DNA of 63,436 nucleotides, counting the filler, from Octopus bimaculoides (taxonomy: Eukaryota): NCBI RefSeq assembly GCF_001194135.2. It is 4 parts of 4 records of this genome, joined end to end, with 100 filler letters (N's around TTAATTAATTAA, not from the genome) between each part and the next. Parts side by side here need not be neighbours in the genome. Positions count along the whole stretch, not along the records: positions 1 to 14,740 come from NC_068987.1; positions 14,841 to 31,163 come from NC_068985.1; 2 more parts are not named here. The stretch is one strand, 5' to 3'. A model generated the notes under the pieces. The model searched no databases and was not told the origin of the DNA. It worked only from the letters and a program-made list of their open reading frames with translations. A program made the translations under genes and the position numbers. Of the stretch, positions 13,595 to 26,748 are shown piece after piece. Within the stretch, counting starts at the first letter, position 1, and every line of letters starts with the position of its first letter.

Positions 13595-14690
13595 AAACGT
13601 CTCTCTATGTGTGTGCTTCGTCGAATTTGAAAAAGCATTTGACAGCGTAGACAGGCAGACAGTCTGGGACATCTTACGACACTATGGTGTGCCAGAGAAG
13701 ATCGTGGGCATTATTCGATTACTCTACTAGGAGTTTTCTTGCCAGGTCATCCATGCTGGGAGATTGTCGGAGGGATTCAGGGTCAGCACGCAAGTCAGAC
13801 AGGGCTGTTTGTTGTCACCGCTCTTGTTCCTCATCGTGTTGGACTGGGTCACCAGGACGGCCTACGCTACCTCCGGGAAAGGTGTTCAGTGGATACTGAT
13901 GAACAAGCTGTAGGGCTTGGACTACGCAGATGATCTCGTGCTACTGTCACATCGCCTGCAAGACATACAAGATAAGGTAGACCACCTGAGAGAAACTTCA
14001 CGGCGAGTAGGCTTGAGGATCAGCCAAGAAAAGACAAAAGTGCTGCGTGTCAACAACAAGCAGGAAGATCCAATCACAGTCGAGGGGGAACCTGTGGAGG
14101 ATGTTAGTGAGTTTGTCTTGGCAGCAAGATCAGCAAATCAGGTGGACCAGACGAGGACATCACTGCAAGAAGTAAGAACGCTTGGCAAGCCTTTGCTGTC
14201 CACTGCCATCTCAACTCGAGCTACACTCTGCTTATTTATTTCAAACATAAAATCTGCGCTTTTGTATGGCTCTGAAACATGGAGAGCCACCTGCAGCAAC
14301 TACAAGAAGATCCAAACCTTCATCAACAAAAATCTCCGATAGATCTTCCATATGAAGTGGTTCGACAGAATGCCAAACACCAACCTGTGGGAAAGGGCCA
14401 ACCAGGAGCCCATACATGTTCAGATTAGACGAGTGAAATGGAGATGGATCGGACACACACTGCAGAAAGAATCCGCAAATGTGATACGACAAGCACTTGA
14501 CTGGAACCCGCAGGGGAAAAGGAAGCGAGGACGCCCGAAGCAGACGTGGAAGCGGAGCATTTTAGATTAGCTCAGGACCACCGGCCTGGCATGGGACGCA
14601 GCCAAGAAACACACCAATGACCACAAAAAGTGGAATATAACTGTTGAGGCTCTATGGTCCACTAGGGGCAAAAAGGATTAGATTAAGAAG
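13595..14690 (+). mobile_element. RTE-clade LINE, 5'-truncated RT fragment
   Basis: FVEFEKAFDSVDR, VRQGCLLSPLLF, DYADDL, LLYGSETW, RWIGHTL...WNPQGKRKRGRPKQTW across frameshifts; ends in an AAG-repeat tail. Confidence 0.92.
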
Positions 14691-15287
14691 AAGATATATG
14701 TATATATATATATACATACATACATATATATATATATATANNNNNNNNNNNNNNNNNNNNNNNNNNNNNNNNNNNNNNNNNNNNTTAATTAATTAANNNN
14801 NNNNNNNNNNNNNNNNNNNNNNNNNNNNNNNNNNNNNNNNGCAAATAATGGTTGTTTTGTATTGAAAGAATTCTGAAGGGGCTTTATTTTTAGACTGGGG
14901 TCAAACGGTCGAATCTATTCAACCATGTTTTAAGTCTTTAGCAACATCAATTACAAAGAACTTGGGAGTGGTACTAAAAGATGGAGAGAAGTATTGACAG
15001 GCGTGGGAGCTGTCTTCAATAATTCAAGTAATGCTATATATTCAAAATTAACCATACATGCTGGTTTTGTTGTTGTTATTGTTGCTGCTACTGTTGTTAT
15101 TGTCACTTACTTTTTTGTATTTTGACGCTACTTGCCTTCAGAACTCCCTAGGGAATTTTATGCTAGCTTCATCACTTTTATTTATTTATATATTTATTTT
15201 TTTCTCTGTTTTGAAACGAGATCGAACTTCAGCATTTTATACCAATAGATTTTAGACACTTTTTTTCTGCAACTGGTAAGATTATGT

Positions 15288-15372
15288 AGGGGGTGCAAAT
15301 TTTGATCTTGCACCCCCTGAAAATTCTAGGGGGTGCGGGTGCACCCGCTGCACCCCCTGTTCCCGGGCCCTT
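15288..15372. other. GC-rich hairpin-forming end of a non-autonomous DNA element
   Basis: agggggtgca...tgcaccccct and agggggtgc...gcaccccct stems in otherwise AT-rich DNA. A similar GC-rich end occurs at about 55800-55843. Confidence 0.45.
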
Positions 15373-16879
15373 GTGCATATATTAACAGTAATAATAATAT
15401 CATTATAGGTCTCAGAGGAACTGCAAAGATCATAGACATTGTCTCTTCTACCAAGCCCAGTAAGTAAAAAAAAAAAAAGAAAGAATAATCTGTCCTAGTC
15501 AACTATTTGGTCTGCATAGCGACTATCATTTCTCTTGTTTCAAAGGGTGGTCTCTACCACTGAAACTGCTTTTCTCATGCTCCACTTCTTCCAGTCAGCA
15601 CTATTGGCTAGGCCACATGAACAGGGCAATCTGCAGACACCTGTCGAATCATATAGCAGTAAGCTTTTGCTTTCAATACTCCTACCAACAATATCAAAGA
15701 CTGACAGAATTTTACAATAGCACTGTCAACTCTGTTATTTGAAATGTAGTAGGATAACTTGTCCCTCTCGACTTGTTATCCTGCTATATTTTCCACTCTC
15801 TATTCTTGCTAATGTTTCTGTAGGCTCTTGGCATAACAATAAGAACCACAATACAAGGCCATATTTATAACACCACACCTTAAACTTCCCAGCCAAACTG
15901 CAATTAGCAATAGCCATGCTATTGCTAATTAAGCAGATATGAAACGATGATGATGGTGATGATGATAATGATGCTTGATTCTTTGAGTCACTGTGTAAAT
16001 CAAAATTCTGTTAATAGAGAGAAATATGCTTTTAATGATATTATTAATAAAAGAATTTACAAACATAATTTCAACAAAGGATACAATCTCTTGTGACATG
16101 CAATTGATATTATGCAGAAAGCTTTTATTTAAAAAATTTTTCAAGTCATGCTGACTGCCTAAAATTCCAAGTTGTAGTAGATTAGGTGTTTGGTTTGTAA
16201 TGTTGGTTTGATTAAAAACTCTTCTTTTTGTCATATAGTATTGCTGACTATAGGTAGTCATTTTTTTTAACTTTCTTTTTTATCCAATAATAACAGAGCT
16301 TTTTCCTTTGTCTCCAGATAGTTCCCATGTATTTACAATGTGTGTTTTGGATTTACTGAAAATTTGATAATTGGAGGCAACAAATAGGAATCTGTAAAAA
16401 AATATCTACTGTTAGACATTGAAATGGTTTACTATGACTTAAGCACAGGATCATGTTTTGCAGGAGAGGAGAATGGACTAAATTGCATTGTACTTATTTT
16501 ATCAACTACTATGAAGACAAACAACAAAATTAGTTTCTGGACAGTATGATCTTAGAATTCATAATTCCTTTTATACAGTGGTAAACAACTTCAGCCATCT
16601 CTTCTACTCTTATAATTGATTATATTAATTAAAAATAATAAAACTTTCCAGATGGAACAATACATTAGTTGATTCCTGGAAAATAAATCACAAAAGTTAA
16701 ATCATTCCAATCTCTCCGAAACTTCGTTCAAAAACTAAGTTTTAATTCAATAACATTCAAAATAACATTATTTCAGATGGCTCTAGTATATTTGCATTCT
16801 GTTGGGCATGAGATTCATTGATTTTTAAAATCCAAAATTCATTTAGCCTTTTTTTATATATATTTTATTTGAAATTTTA

Positions 16880-17250
16880 GGACAAATCCTTTTTAATTTA
16901 CTAGTAATTTTAGTGCTGTGGAGATGAAGCAAATGGTAACAACACTAGCCTGATTGTATCTGACAAATCATTGAACTTGGCTGAGAAAAGATTAAACACA
17001 GATCTCAGATTCCTGTGCAAGTAGCTTAATGCAAATAAAATATCTTTAAATGCACCAAAACTCAATACATGTCATTCCATTGCAAATGAAAGCTGGGTTC
17101 CATTTAAATCCGAAATTTAATGGAATGAAATTATACCCTAGAAGATTTGTTAAATATCTTAGAGAGAATATATTAATGAAGGTTTAGAATAGAATAACAC
17201 AGTACTATTTTATCGGTTCTGGTAAGGAAACAGAAATAAGATGTGTGCAA
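16880..17250 (+). mobile_element. CR1/L2-like RT relic
   Basis: Translation SDKSLNLAEKRLNTDLRFLCK*LNANKISLNA resembles the post-YADD region of CR1/L2 RTs; heavily degraded. Confidence 0.5.
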
Positions 17251-19089
17251 AACCTATAATTCTTATATAGTGCATTCTTTTAGTTTCACATATTTTCTAC
17301 ATATTAAATATGGTGTTAAAAGATTAATTTTTAAAAGAAGTCATTAGTTTTAATATATGTGATGTTTCTATTCTTTAAAAATATGTACTTAGAATAGTTC
17401 TCCTAAGTATAAAATCCTCATTCTATAAATAATTATTTTTTATCAACTTTGAATAATGAAGCTTTTTTTCTTTTTTTTTATGCATCTCAACAAAACAAAG
17501 TAAACGCCACCTATATTCATCAATGCTATTGAAATTCTAACATATCCTATCGTACACAAGCAGAACATGCCAAAGTTTTTGTTTTCTTCTTGCTGATTTC
17601 ATAGTTTACATAGAAGTTTTCATACCCCATTAAGTTTCTTGAGAAAGTTATGCTTATTTATAGGAAAAGACAGGGTCATTGTTCTGTCAGACTTGTATGA
17701 TATTTATCAGATTGTTCTATTGTGCAAATACCATACCATCTTTATCATAAGTGGTACCAATTTTATACTCATTGGTGGTACCAGCAAACTGGCTGTCATC
17801 CTTTCAGTCATGTGAATTTAAGATTGAGATTTTGGTTTCTAGAGATTAGAATTAGACAATTTAGAAAAAGATTTTATCGCAATGTTTTTGCTTCAAAAAT
17901 GAATGAATAATAAAAAGTTGCTAGTTCTAGATTAGTGTATTTAAAACCCTATATTTTGTTACCCTTTTTTTTACTATTTATGTATGTTATCTTTGTCATA
18001 TATTTCATCTTTTATATTGAATAACTGAACTTTGTTAAACAAATTTTCATACAAATTGCAATAAATGAATTGTATTCTATTCCATTCTATTTTATTGTAC
18101 AGTATATTTTGTCATGGTGGTTTAAAATAATGTTTCTGTTCTCTGAAATAATTTTTACAAATTAAATTTATCTTAACAAAATTTTACTACAGTTATTAGA
18201 AAGGTACGTAAATAGTACATCATCCTTTATCTTGCAATTGTTCTATTTTAATTTTTTTTATCTTAAAAGATATATACTTTCTATATTGCTTATCCATGAC
18301 ACCTTAGCTTTGTGTCTATATATAAAATATACATCTATGCCAGCACACTTTTTTCACTAGAATTAACACTGAACTATGAAACTTCCTCTCTTTTATGGGA
18401 TCCTACAATTACATAAGCTCCCAACATATATACAGCATGAAGGCAGGTTTGGAAGATTGCCTTAGCTTATAAACAATTATAATGTTCTTTCTGTTTTGAC
18501 ACAACCACTTCAATGCCCCACTAATACAATTAATGCCATTCTACTTATCATCAGTACACTACAATCTAGCAACCATTGATAATTACTGCATCACTAATAT
18601 TGATTTCTTATGATGATATGAAGTAATTATTATAAAAATAAAATATTATTCTCATAATGATAATTTATTATAATAAAACTATTATAAGAATAAGAAATTA
18701 TTAATTCACTAGTTATTGTAGTGATAATAATAAGCATTTCAAATACAGGCATGGGGTTACAAACCATTTTTCAGGAAAGGTTTAATTTAATAAATCAACT
18801 CCAGTACTTGGCCATTAGTTGGTTTATTAACCTCAGAAGATAAAAAGTAAAATGAATCTGCGAAAATTAGAACAAAAGAATGCAGCTGAACACTGGAGTG
18901 TATTTTGTCCAATGCGCAATTAATATTTGTAGTAGTAGTAGCAGTAGAAATTGTCTTTAGTCTTGGCACAAGGCCAACATTTTCTGAGTGTAGTGGGTTA
19001 GTGTATTTCATTGGCTATGAACTCAACTGATTTTTTTGTGCTTTATTAACTCTCCTCAAAGGATGAAAGACAAAGTTGACCTTGGTGGG

Positions 19090-19760
19090 ATTTGAACACA
19101 AAATGTGAAGTGCAGAAAATATACTGCAAAATTTTGTATAAGGAGTGTTGTAAGAATGCTAAGGCATATGAGATAAGAATGTTTGAAAGGAAATACAGCC
19201 TTGAAGAGAAGGGTTTTTGAACCAAATCAAGATGCAGATTTCTAGAAAAGCTAGGAGGTACTGAGAAAGAATTGCTCAATATGATTAAAATAAGTTCTTT
19301 TGTTCAAACCAGCAGTAATTTTATGGGAATTTGAGCCATGGAACCAGAGATTATGTATCTTCTGATCCAAAAGTAGCCATGAAGTTTTGGTCACACTGGT
19401 ACATAACAGGGTTGCAAAATAATTGGTGGCAATAAAAGAGGGACTTGTAACCAAATATATGAGGATGCAAAATGTCAGAATAGGAAGTCTTGAACTGGAA
19501 GCCATGAGGTTGGATGGAGTCCAAGACTTCTGAGCGAAAGGATTGGATTCAAGAGTATACAGGAGGGACTGACTTTTCACCTGGACAAATGCATTTTTGA
19601 TGGTGTAGTTCCAGATTGGATGGCTTAAAGTACAAACAACTCTTATCATGAAAAACATATTGAAGGGTATTGTGCACAGGAAGTGCAAACATAGCAGCAG
19701 GACTTGATTAGTGTACTGGAATGTGTTGCTGCAGAAAGACAAATGCAGGATTTTTATCAG
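19090..19760 (+). mobile_element. R4/Dong-like RT N-terminal relic
   Basis: Broken frames give DGVQDFW and DGVVPDWM motifs, typical of the PGPDGVQNFW...GVVPDWMV region. Confidence 0.6.
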
Positions 19761-19829
19761 GTATTCAAATTTATTAACTAAAATATCCATTTTATAGATG
19801 TTAACTGTTATCAACAAAAATCTGAAACT

Positions 19830-22050
19830 AATGCCAGCCCCAGCCTATGCAAATTTACTTATGGGTTATCTGGAAATTACAATGGATCTAGAGTCTCAAC
19901 AAACACATAGAAGATTCTATCAATATATAAAAAAATATTAGGAAAAACTTTTCGAAGATTGCTTTATTTTATGAAATGAATACAGAGAGAAATTAAATTA
20001 GTTAAAACCTTAATAATTGGAAAGAATAATAATATTCAGTTCCCAATATAATGTAGTCAAGAGAAAAACTACCAATTATAGATAGTCTAGTAATGAGAGT
20101 CAACAATTGGATTGAGACAGATTTAAAATAGTAGTGTCGCACAGATGCGCCATATTGAGATCTTGCTGGCAGCCATTAACTGCTTGAGACTAGAGCGAGA
20201 TCTCACAAACTTCTGGTGGGCATGCACAATGAGACAGTAAGCCTTTCTGGAAGGACATCTATATAAGACAGCTCTTGAGAAAATGGAAGAAATTGACAAG
20301 AAGACAGTGGTATAAAGGTTTACTCGGTGGAGGAAAAAAGAATAGAACACGTAGAAGAAGGAATTATAGAAAAAGCATTGAGCTCAGTCTGGCCAGACAT
20401 TACATATCTGGTCAGAGGGAATAAATTTGAAACCATAAAAGTCCATTATAAGATGGAAGGAAAAGCGAGAGAAGAAGCAACAAATACATTAAAAACGGAC
20501 AAGGTGGTCCTTCTACCCACTTATATGGGAAGAAGGACTTCAAAAATAAGAGTGGAAGGAATTCCACCAGAAATTGATGTGGCTTGGGTCGTGGCGGCTG
20601 TTCTCCTGGGAACTGGAGAAGAAGTAACCGTCCTTCAAGCCACAAAAATGGACGGCTCTGTTTGGAAGGGACAAACGGTAAACCTGACTGTACAGGCTGC
20701 AGTGGAAACACTTGAAAATCTAGCAGAGATGGTGTCAATCGGAGATCTGGTGTTAAAAGTGTGGGTGGAGGGCAGGACTCCTTGTTGCTTTAAATGTGGC
20801 CACAAAGGCCACATTAGAGCACACTGCCGTCTTCAGAAGCTGAGAAGTCTGGAGGAAGTTAGAAAGGAGCAGAAGGTGCAACAGGAAGAAAAGAGAAATG
20901 AAGAACAGTGGATAGAAGCTGAAGGAAGAAAAAGGAAGAGGAAGAAAGGACAGAGTGAAGTAGAACCCCAAACCATACCCACCCCACCCATATCTTCTCC
21001 CCCACCCACAGACACCAAACCCACCCATTCACCTCCTACACAAAGCAAGAGAAAAAAAGAAATACAAACACACAAGGATCAACAAACTCTCCCACCTACT
21101 GAAAATTGTTTCGCGTGCATGATGGTTGAAAGTATGGACAAGGAACTGCTGAATAAGATAACAAAATGGAAGACTGCAAGATTTGTCCATGTCAAAAGAT
21201 GGACAAACATTGATGGATGGCATGCATGTGTTCTGGTGTCCGAAAGCCAAAAAGACGAAATATTGAAATTCATGAGGGGTTATAAGTCTTGGAAGGTAAT
21301 TGTGATTTAAAGTCGATACCAGACAATGTAAAATATGAGGAACTGACTGAGAAATATGGTATAGACATCTTAAAGGACTCAGAATTTAAAAGATAAAAGG
21401 AAGCAAGTGATGCTGCTTGAGGTGGGGCAAGTAGCTCATTTTCATTATCATTTTCATTATCATTTTCATTGTATCATTCATGTATATCATACGTTTCAAT
21501 TCTTTTTTTTTTTCGTTTTTATATGTCCTCACATGTGTTTGCATTGTCTCCTCTTCGTTGGCCCTTTGTGGGTAATAAAAAAAATCATCTCTTCCCATGC
21601 GCCTCTCACGCTTCGCTGCCTCACACATACAACACGGCGGACGATACACTATGCTAGAGATGGTTGACGAGAACCAAACTTCGAGCCTGTAAATAAATGT
21701 TATTGGAATTTGTTATCTCACTTTGTCTTCGACTTGACACTTCATTTGACTGGATTTAAATTTATAATGGGAGACCTAAGATACCTTACCAGTATCTTGT
21801 CCAACAATGGCCTCTCGTTATAAAAGAATATCAACTACCTATTTCTGAAACACACTTAGAACAAATATTCCACTTAATTTAGCCAAAGAGATGCACACAG
21901 CTGTTTCCTAGGTAAACGCTCATGGTATACAACTTCAGGAACTTAAAGATATACTCATTGAAACATATTATCTACCATCTTTTATAGATGATGGGATGCA
22001 TCAAGCCAAAACAATTGATGTTCCATTATTTAATTGAAACTGTAAAAAAT
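19830..22050 (+). mobile_element. Penelope-like RT relic split by a younger insertion (pieces about 19830-20125 and 21830-22050)
   Basis: Left piece: APAYANLLMGYLE and LPIIDSLVMRVNNWIETD. Right piece: TNIPLNLAKEMHTAVS...LQELKDILIE...IDDGMHQAK. These are consecutive motifs in Penelope RTs. Confidence 0.7.
20283..21584 (+). mobile_element. L1/Tx1-like ORF1 (RRM-like region plus CCHC knuckle) element with 3' UTR and poly(A), no ORF2
   Basis: Open frame 20297-21310 contains CFKCGHKGHIRAHC, then a K/R-rich and a Pro-rich linker. An ATG at 20283 is joined by a single-base frameshift. A further frameshifted tail runs to 21396. AATAAA followed by an A-run lies at about 21574-21584. Confidence 0.7.
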
Positions 22051-22329
22051 AAAAGATGATTAAAATTATTAAAATTGACATAACCAAATATCAAAATTAT
22101 ATTCAATGGCACCTGAATTAACAATTAAAAAATGTGGGGCAATCCAACTTTTGAATATGTTTAAATTTGCCTGAGAGTAAAAAAATTCCATTGCAAACAA
22201 GGAAAATTCTTCAAATTAAAGATAAACTTTACTGAATTTAATTTATGAAATAACAGGTTCAGGATGTAGAGTTCCCTGCTACACCCATTCTTCCAGGCTT
22301 TTTAGGCCTGTTTCTTTGCTCTAATGGCC

Positions 22330-23340
22330 TTATCTACCATATTATTCCACCACCACGTTACTCTAGGTCTAGCAGGGATTTTGCACCAGCCCAGATTTGG
22401 TCTGTGGTGCGCAGTAAGCTGTCCTGTAGGAATTTCCAGTTACCCTCTATGTCACAAGTCTGTAGCTCCTCCTCCCTCTCATCAAATTTCTCAATGAGGA
22501 TGTCCCTAAATCTCTGACCATGTGAAGGGTTCTTTAGCTTCCAAATCCTTCTTTTCTGGATTGGTCTACTTCTTGGCATCCTTCTGGCCTTGAGTCTAAA
22601 GTCACTAATAACTGGTCTATGCTGGGGGTGGGTACATTCTTCATTAGGGAGGGTCTTTGTATTTAAGAGCAACCTTGCATCCCACTGTCAGGTGAAGATG
22701 AAATCAATCTGGCTAGCAGAGTCACCTGATTGATAGGTTATCAGGTGGCTGTCTGGGTTCCTGAAGTTAATGTTGCAGATTAATAGGTTGCATGCATCAC
22801 AGAACTCCAGTAGCCTAGTTCCCTCTTCATGTCAGGAACCAATTCCATGACCCCCATAAACACCATGGAAGATATTGGATTGCCATCTGACATGCTCATT
22901 AAAATCTCCAGCCACAAAGATGAAGTCATTGCCACTCGTCTTTGAGGTAGCCTGTAGAAGGGTATCATAAAAGTGGTCCTTCTGGTCGTTTGGTAGGCCT
23001 GCTTGTGGGGCGTAGGCAGAGATGATTGTAGCCATACTATTCTGCAGGACTAGCCTGAGCTTAAGCACTCTGTCGCATACCCTGACTACCTCTACAACCT
23101 TATACACCAAGTTCTCCAAAAGGAGTATGCCTACACTCGCTACTCCCTCACTGTTACCTTCCAAGAAGATTTTATACCTATGTGCCTTGCCTGTGAGGAC
23201 CCTGGCTGAAGCTCCTCTCCACCTTACCTCTTGTATGCAGCATACATCAACACGTCTCTGATCAAGCATCTCTTCAATCTCACTAGACCTACCTTTCAGT
23301 GTACCTACATTGACAGTACCAACTCTAAAAACTGGGAAAG
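22330..23340 (-). mobile_element. RTE-type LINE 5' fragment, apurinic-like endonuclease domain
   Basis: ORF 22832-23269: VDVCCIQEVRWRG...SAYAPQAG...FVAGDFN, followed by QHRPVISDF; upstream GTVNVGTLKGR. Confidence 0.9.
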
Positions 23341-25787
23341 GAATGTGGGAGGAGGCATAAGGAGGGGCGATGTTATTCAGTGCCTGAAAAGAAGTTTTTG
23401 TGTTCGTTTGATAGACATGCTACACCTGTTCTCACTTTCGACCTGTCATCATTCAAACATTCGAGTGGGGTAGGAGTAGGTGTTAGCGGAATTGTAAGTA
23501 TAAGCATTATGGACATCATAGAAATGTAAATTTAAGCATTACTGGTATTGCAGATATAAGTAAATCAATAAAGATAGATAAAGGAGAATATGAATATCAA
23601 TATGCCAATGTTAGATTAAGAAGGTGGGCAGCTAAACTAGTTGCATTTGTCCTGGAAGGGAGAGAGGGAGAGGAGATTGCAGGTATGATAGAGGATACCA
23701 CCAGTGAGGGAGGGGGTTTCCTGTGAGAGAAGAGAGATATCCGGTGATGGTGGTGGGAAAAGAGAAATATCTGGTAATGGTGGTGGGAGAAGAGAGAGAT
23801 ATCTAGTATTGGTGGTGGGGGTGGGAATGGTAGGGCACACAGCGAACAAGTAAGGGTCATGAACAAGCAATCGTGAACAAGCAACTGCGAACAAGCAAGG
23901 GTTAAGTTAGAGAGATGGTACAAAAAAATATGTAGCCAACTTGAGAACACAGGCGGGGAGAAGAGATTTCAATTAGAAAATTACATGAAGAATTAAGGTG
24001 AAATGAAGGCTGAGAGAAAGAGATTAGGAAGTTATATATTGAAGGGTCAATTTAAATAATTAGCTTACGAAAGCAGACATTAGTAAATAATACATATTAA
24101 AAGTATTAACAGTGAATGGCAAATAAATGCTTGAAAAGACTGAAAAACGAGAGAATATCTTAGCTTAGAAATGCATAACTAAGCGTCCGAGAACTATCTA
24201 CGTTAGAATGAATTGCATGAAAAATAGGGAGGAAAACATGTGAGTAAAGGGCTTTATAGATATGCTATGACTGGAAGTGGACATTATAGAGGGCACGTTC
24301 TCCCTGAGCTAAAGACAATAGCAATGATAACAGCAGAGAGTAGCACAAGAAGCCATAATGAGTGGGAAGGAATAAGAGAATAGTATGAAAAATATTTAGC
24401 TACCATGAAATACACTGTGAACAAGCAAGGGTTAATTTAGAGAGATGGTACAAAAAAAAAATCTCATTCATTAAAAAATATCAGTCATGTTTAAATAAGT
24501 ATAACTAATTTAATTAGTTGATATACAAATTAATTTGTTATAATTGAAAGAAAATTAAATATTGCATTTATTATGACCTCTGTAACCATTAACAATGTCT
24601 AGTTATAGATCCTTAATGAAATTGTTAGTCTTAAAACCATGATAATAGAAACAAGCAAGACAAGTGAAAAGGATTTTATGGTGGATGCATGAAAAATCTA
24701 CTTTATCAAAGCTTTAATATAAAAATTTTGTGCATTTTGTTTATTCTCAATATAATTTGACTCATGTAGAATTATTTCTTGACTTAGGTCATCATGTAGA
24801 TATATATATGCACAAACATGCACATATATATACATATGTATGTATGTATGGATGGATGGATGGATGGATGTATGTTTATATAGCATATGCAAATGCACTA
24901 AAACCTTTATGCTAAAACTATGATAAAATGGATTGTATCATATATATATACACACACACACACACATACACTTATTATATCTGCTATATATATATATATA
25001 AATACACTAAAATTTTTATGATAAAACTATGATAAAATGGATTGTTCATGTATCTATCATAAAATCTTCATCTTTTGTAGTTTCACTAAAATAATCTTAT
25101 AGACATTGATGTTGGGATATGATTGTGTGTATATTATGTATGTATGTATGTATGTATTATATATGTATGTATGTATGTAGGTATGTCTGTATGCATCTAT
25201 CTAATATACATACATACACACACACACATATGCACAGATGTATGTGTATATACATGTTTGCATGTATAGGTGTGTACATATATGTATACATGTCTGTGTG
25301 CCAGCATAAACACTAAAGTTAATTTCTTTGCTTAACAGTTTGTTAGATGTGTGGAAAATATCATACACTATATAATGAAGTGGTGATCATAAAGTCGTTG
25401 GCCTAACACATGTGAACAACTTTATGATTAGAACTTCAAGTATACGAATATATTTTTATAACATCCAAACCTACATGCATAAGCATTCAGACAGACATGT
25501 ATGCACATTTACACATTTACAGATACATACAAAGGCTCAAATATATATATATCATCATCATCATCATCGTTTAACGTCTGTTTCCATGCTAGCATGGGTT
25601 GGACGATTTGACTGAGGACTGGTGAATCAGATGGCTACACCAGGCTCCAATCTGCTTTGGCAGAGTTTCTACAGCTGGATGCCCTTCCTAACGCCAACCA
25701 CTCCAAGAGTGTAGTGGGTGCTTTAATGTGCCACCGGCACGAAGGCCAGTCAGGCGGTACTGGCAACGGCCATGCTCAAAATGATGT

Positions 25788-25955
25788 GGAATGAAAATGA
25801 GGCTCTGGATTGAAAACGAGACTCTGGAATGAAAACGAGGCTTTGGAATGAAAACGAGGCTTTGGTATGAAAACGAGGCTTTGGTATGAAAACGAGGCTC
25901 TGGAATGAAAACGAGGCTCTGGATTGAAAACGAGGCTTTGGAATGAAAACAAGGT
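25788..25955. repeat. 19-bp minisatellite, about 9 units
   Basis: Unit ggaatgaaaacgaggcttt with minor variants, starting at 25788, 25807, 25826, 25845 ... 25940. Confidence 0.95.
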
Positions 25956-26716
25956 TAGCAACCAAACAACAAAACAAAATGTTCATATTTGTAAATACAC
26001 TATTATTTCACATTCAAGACTGACTGGAACAAAATTAAGCATTAAGGAACATTTACTTACCATCAACACAAGGTGGGTTTTTCTTTTCTCCAGATTTTAC
26101 TCATTCTTCGAATAGATTCACGATATTTGGTTCAAGAAAATCCAAGTCACACCCACACCCTGCTTAGCCATGTATCATTACTTAAACACTTAGTTCACAA
26201 AATATTTAAGTAATAAAGAAATTCAGCTATACCCTCATAGAAAAAATAAAGGCATCCTCTATCATGAACTAATTTTTTATATTTTAATCTTTTCTATCTA
26301 CTTCATGTGTAGAACTTCCAAATTTCCTCTTTGACTTGATTTTTTTATGCATATCTCTGTAATACAGTATAACACTTTGTCACCATTTGTGGTTAAGAAC
26401 CTCACTTTGGAACACTGTAGTTGGAGGCTCATTCTTATTGCATGAAATGATGCAGGTTGAATAAAGTCACTGTTATTGGCTGGTGTTTTCTACTACAGTC
26501 ACTAAGTGGTTTGTCAGCAATTTTCTGCAAAAGCATGTCAGGGCTGTTTGTTGTTCATTAGACCCAAGAGAAATATTACTTTGTTAGAAACAGAGGAATG
26601 TTGGTAATAGGAAGAGTGCCAGGTCATAGAAATAGCTGTTTCAATAAAATCATCATCTGACCCATGTAAGTATGGAAACATGGATGATAAAATGTTGATA
26701 ATAAATCATATGAGTG

Positions 26717-26748
<32 letters not shown>

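Noticed and set aside
14785-14796. TTAATTAATTAA islands inside N runs (also 31208-31219 and 59231-59242)
   Set aside because: Each is flanked by exactly 44 Ns on both sides. This is a six-frame-stop scaffolding spacer, not biological sequence.
25340-25375. LLDVWKISYT after a good acceptor, resembling MSH4 FLDIARRTYT
   Set aside because: It is followed immediately by two stops with no donor, and the match is too short to distinguish from chance.
26060-26200. Strong minus-strand donor GATG|gtaagt and a strong plus-strand acceptor nearby
   Set aside because: All frames are interrupted by stops and no partner exons were found.
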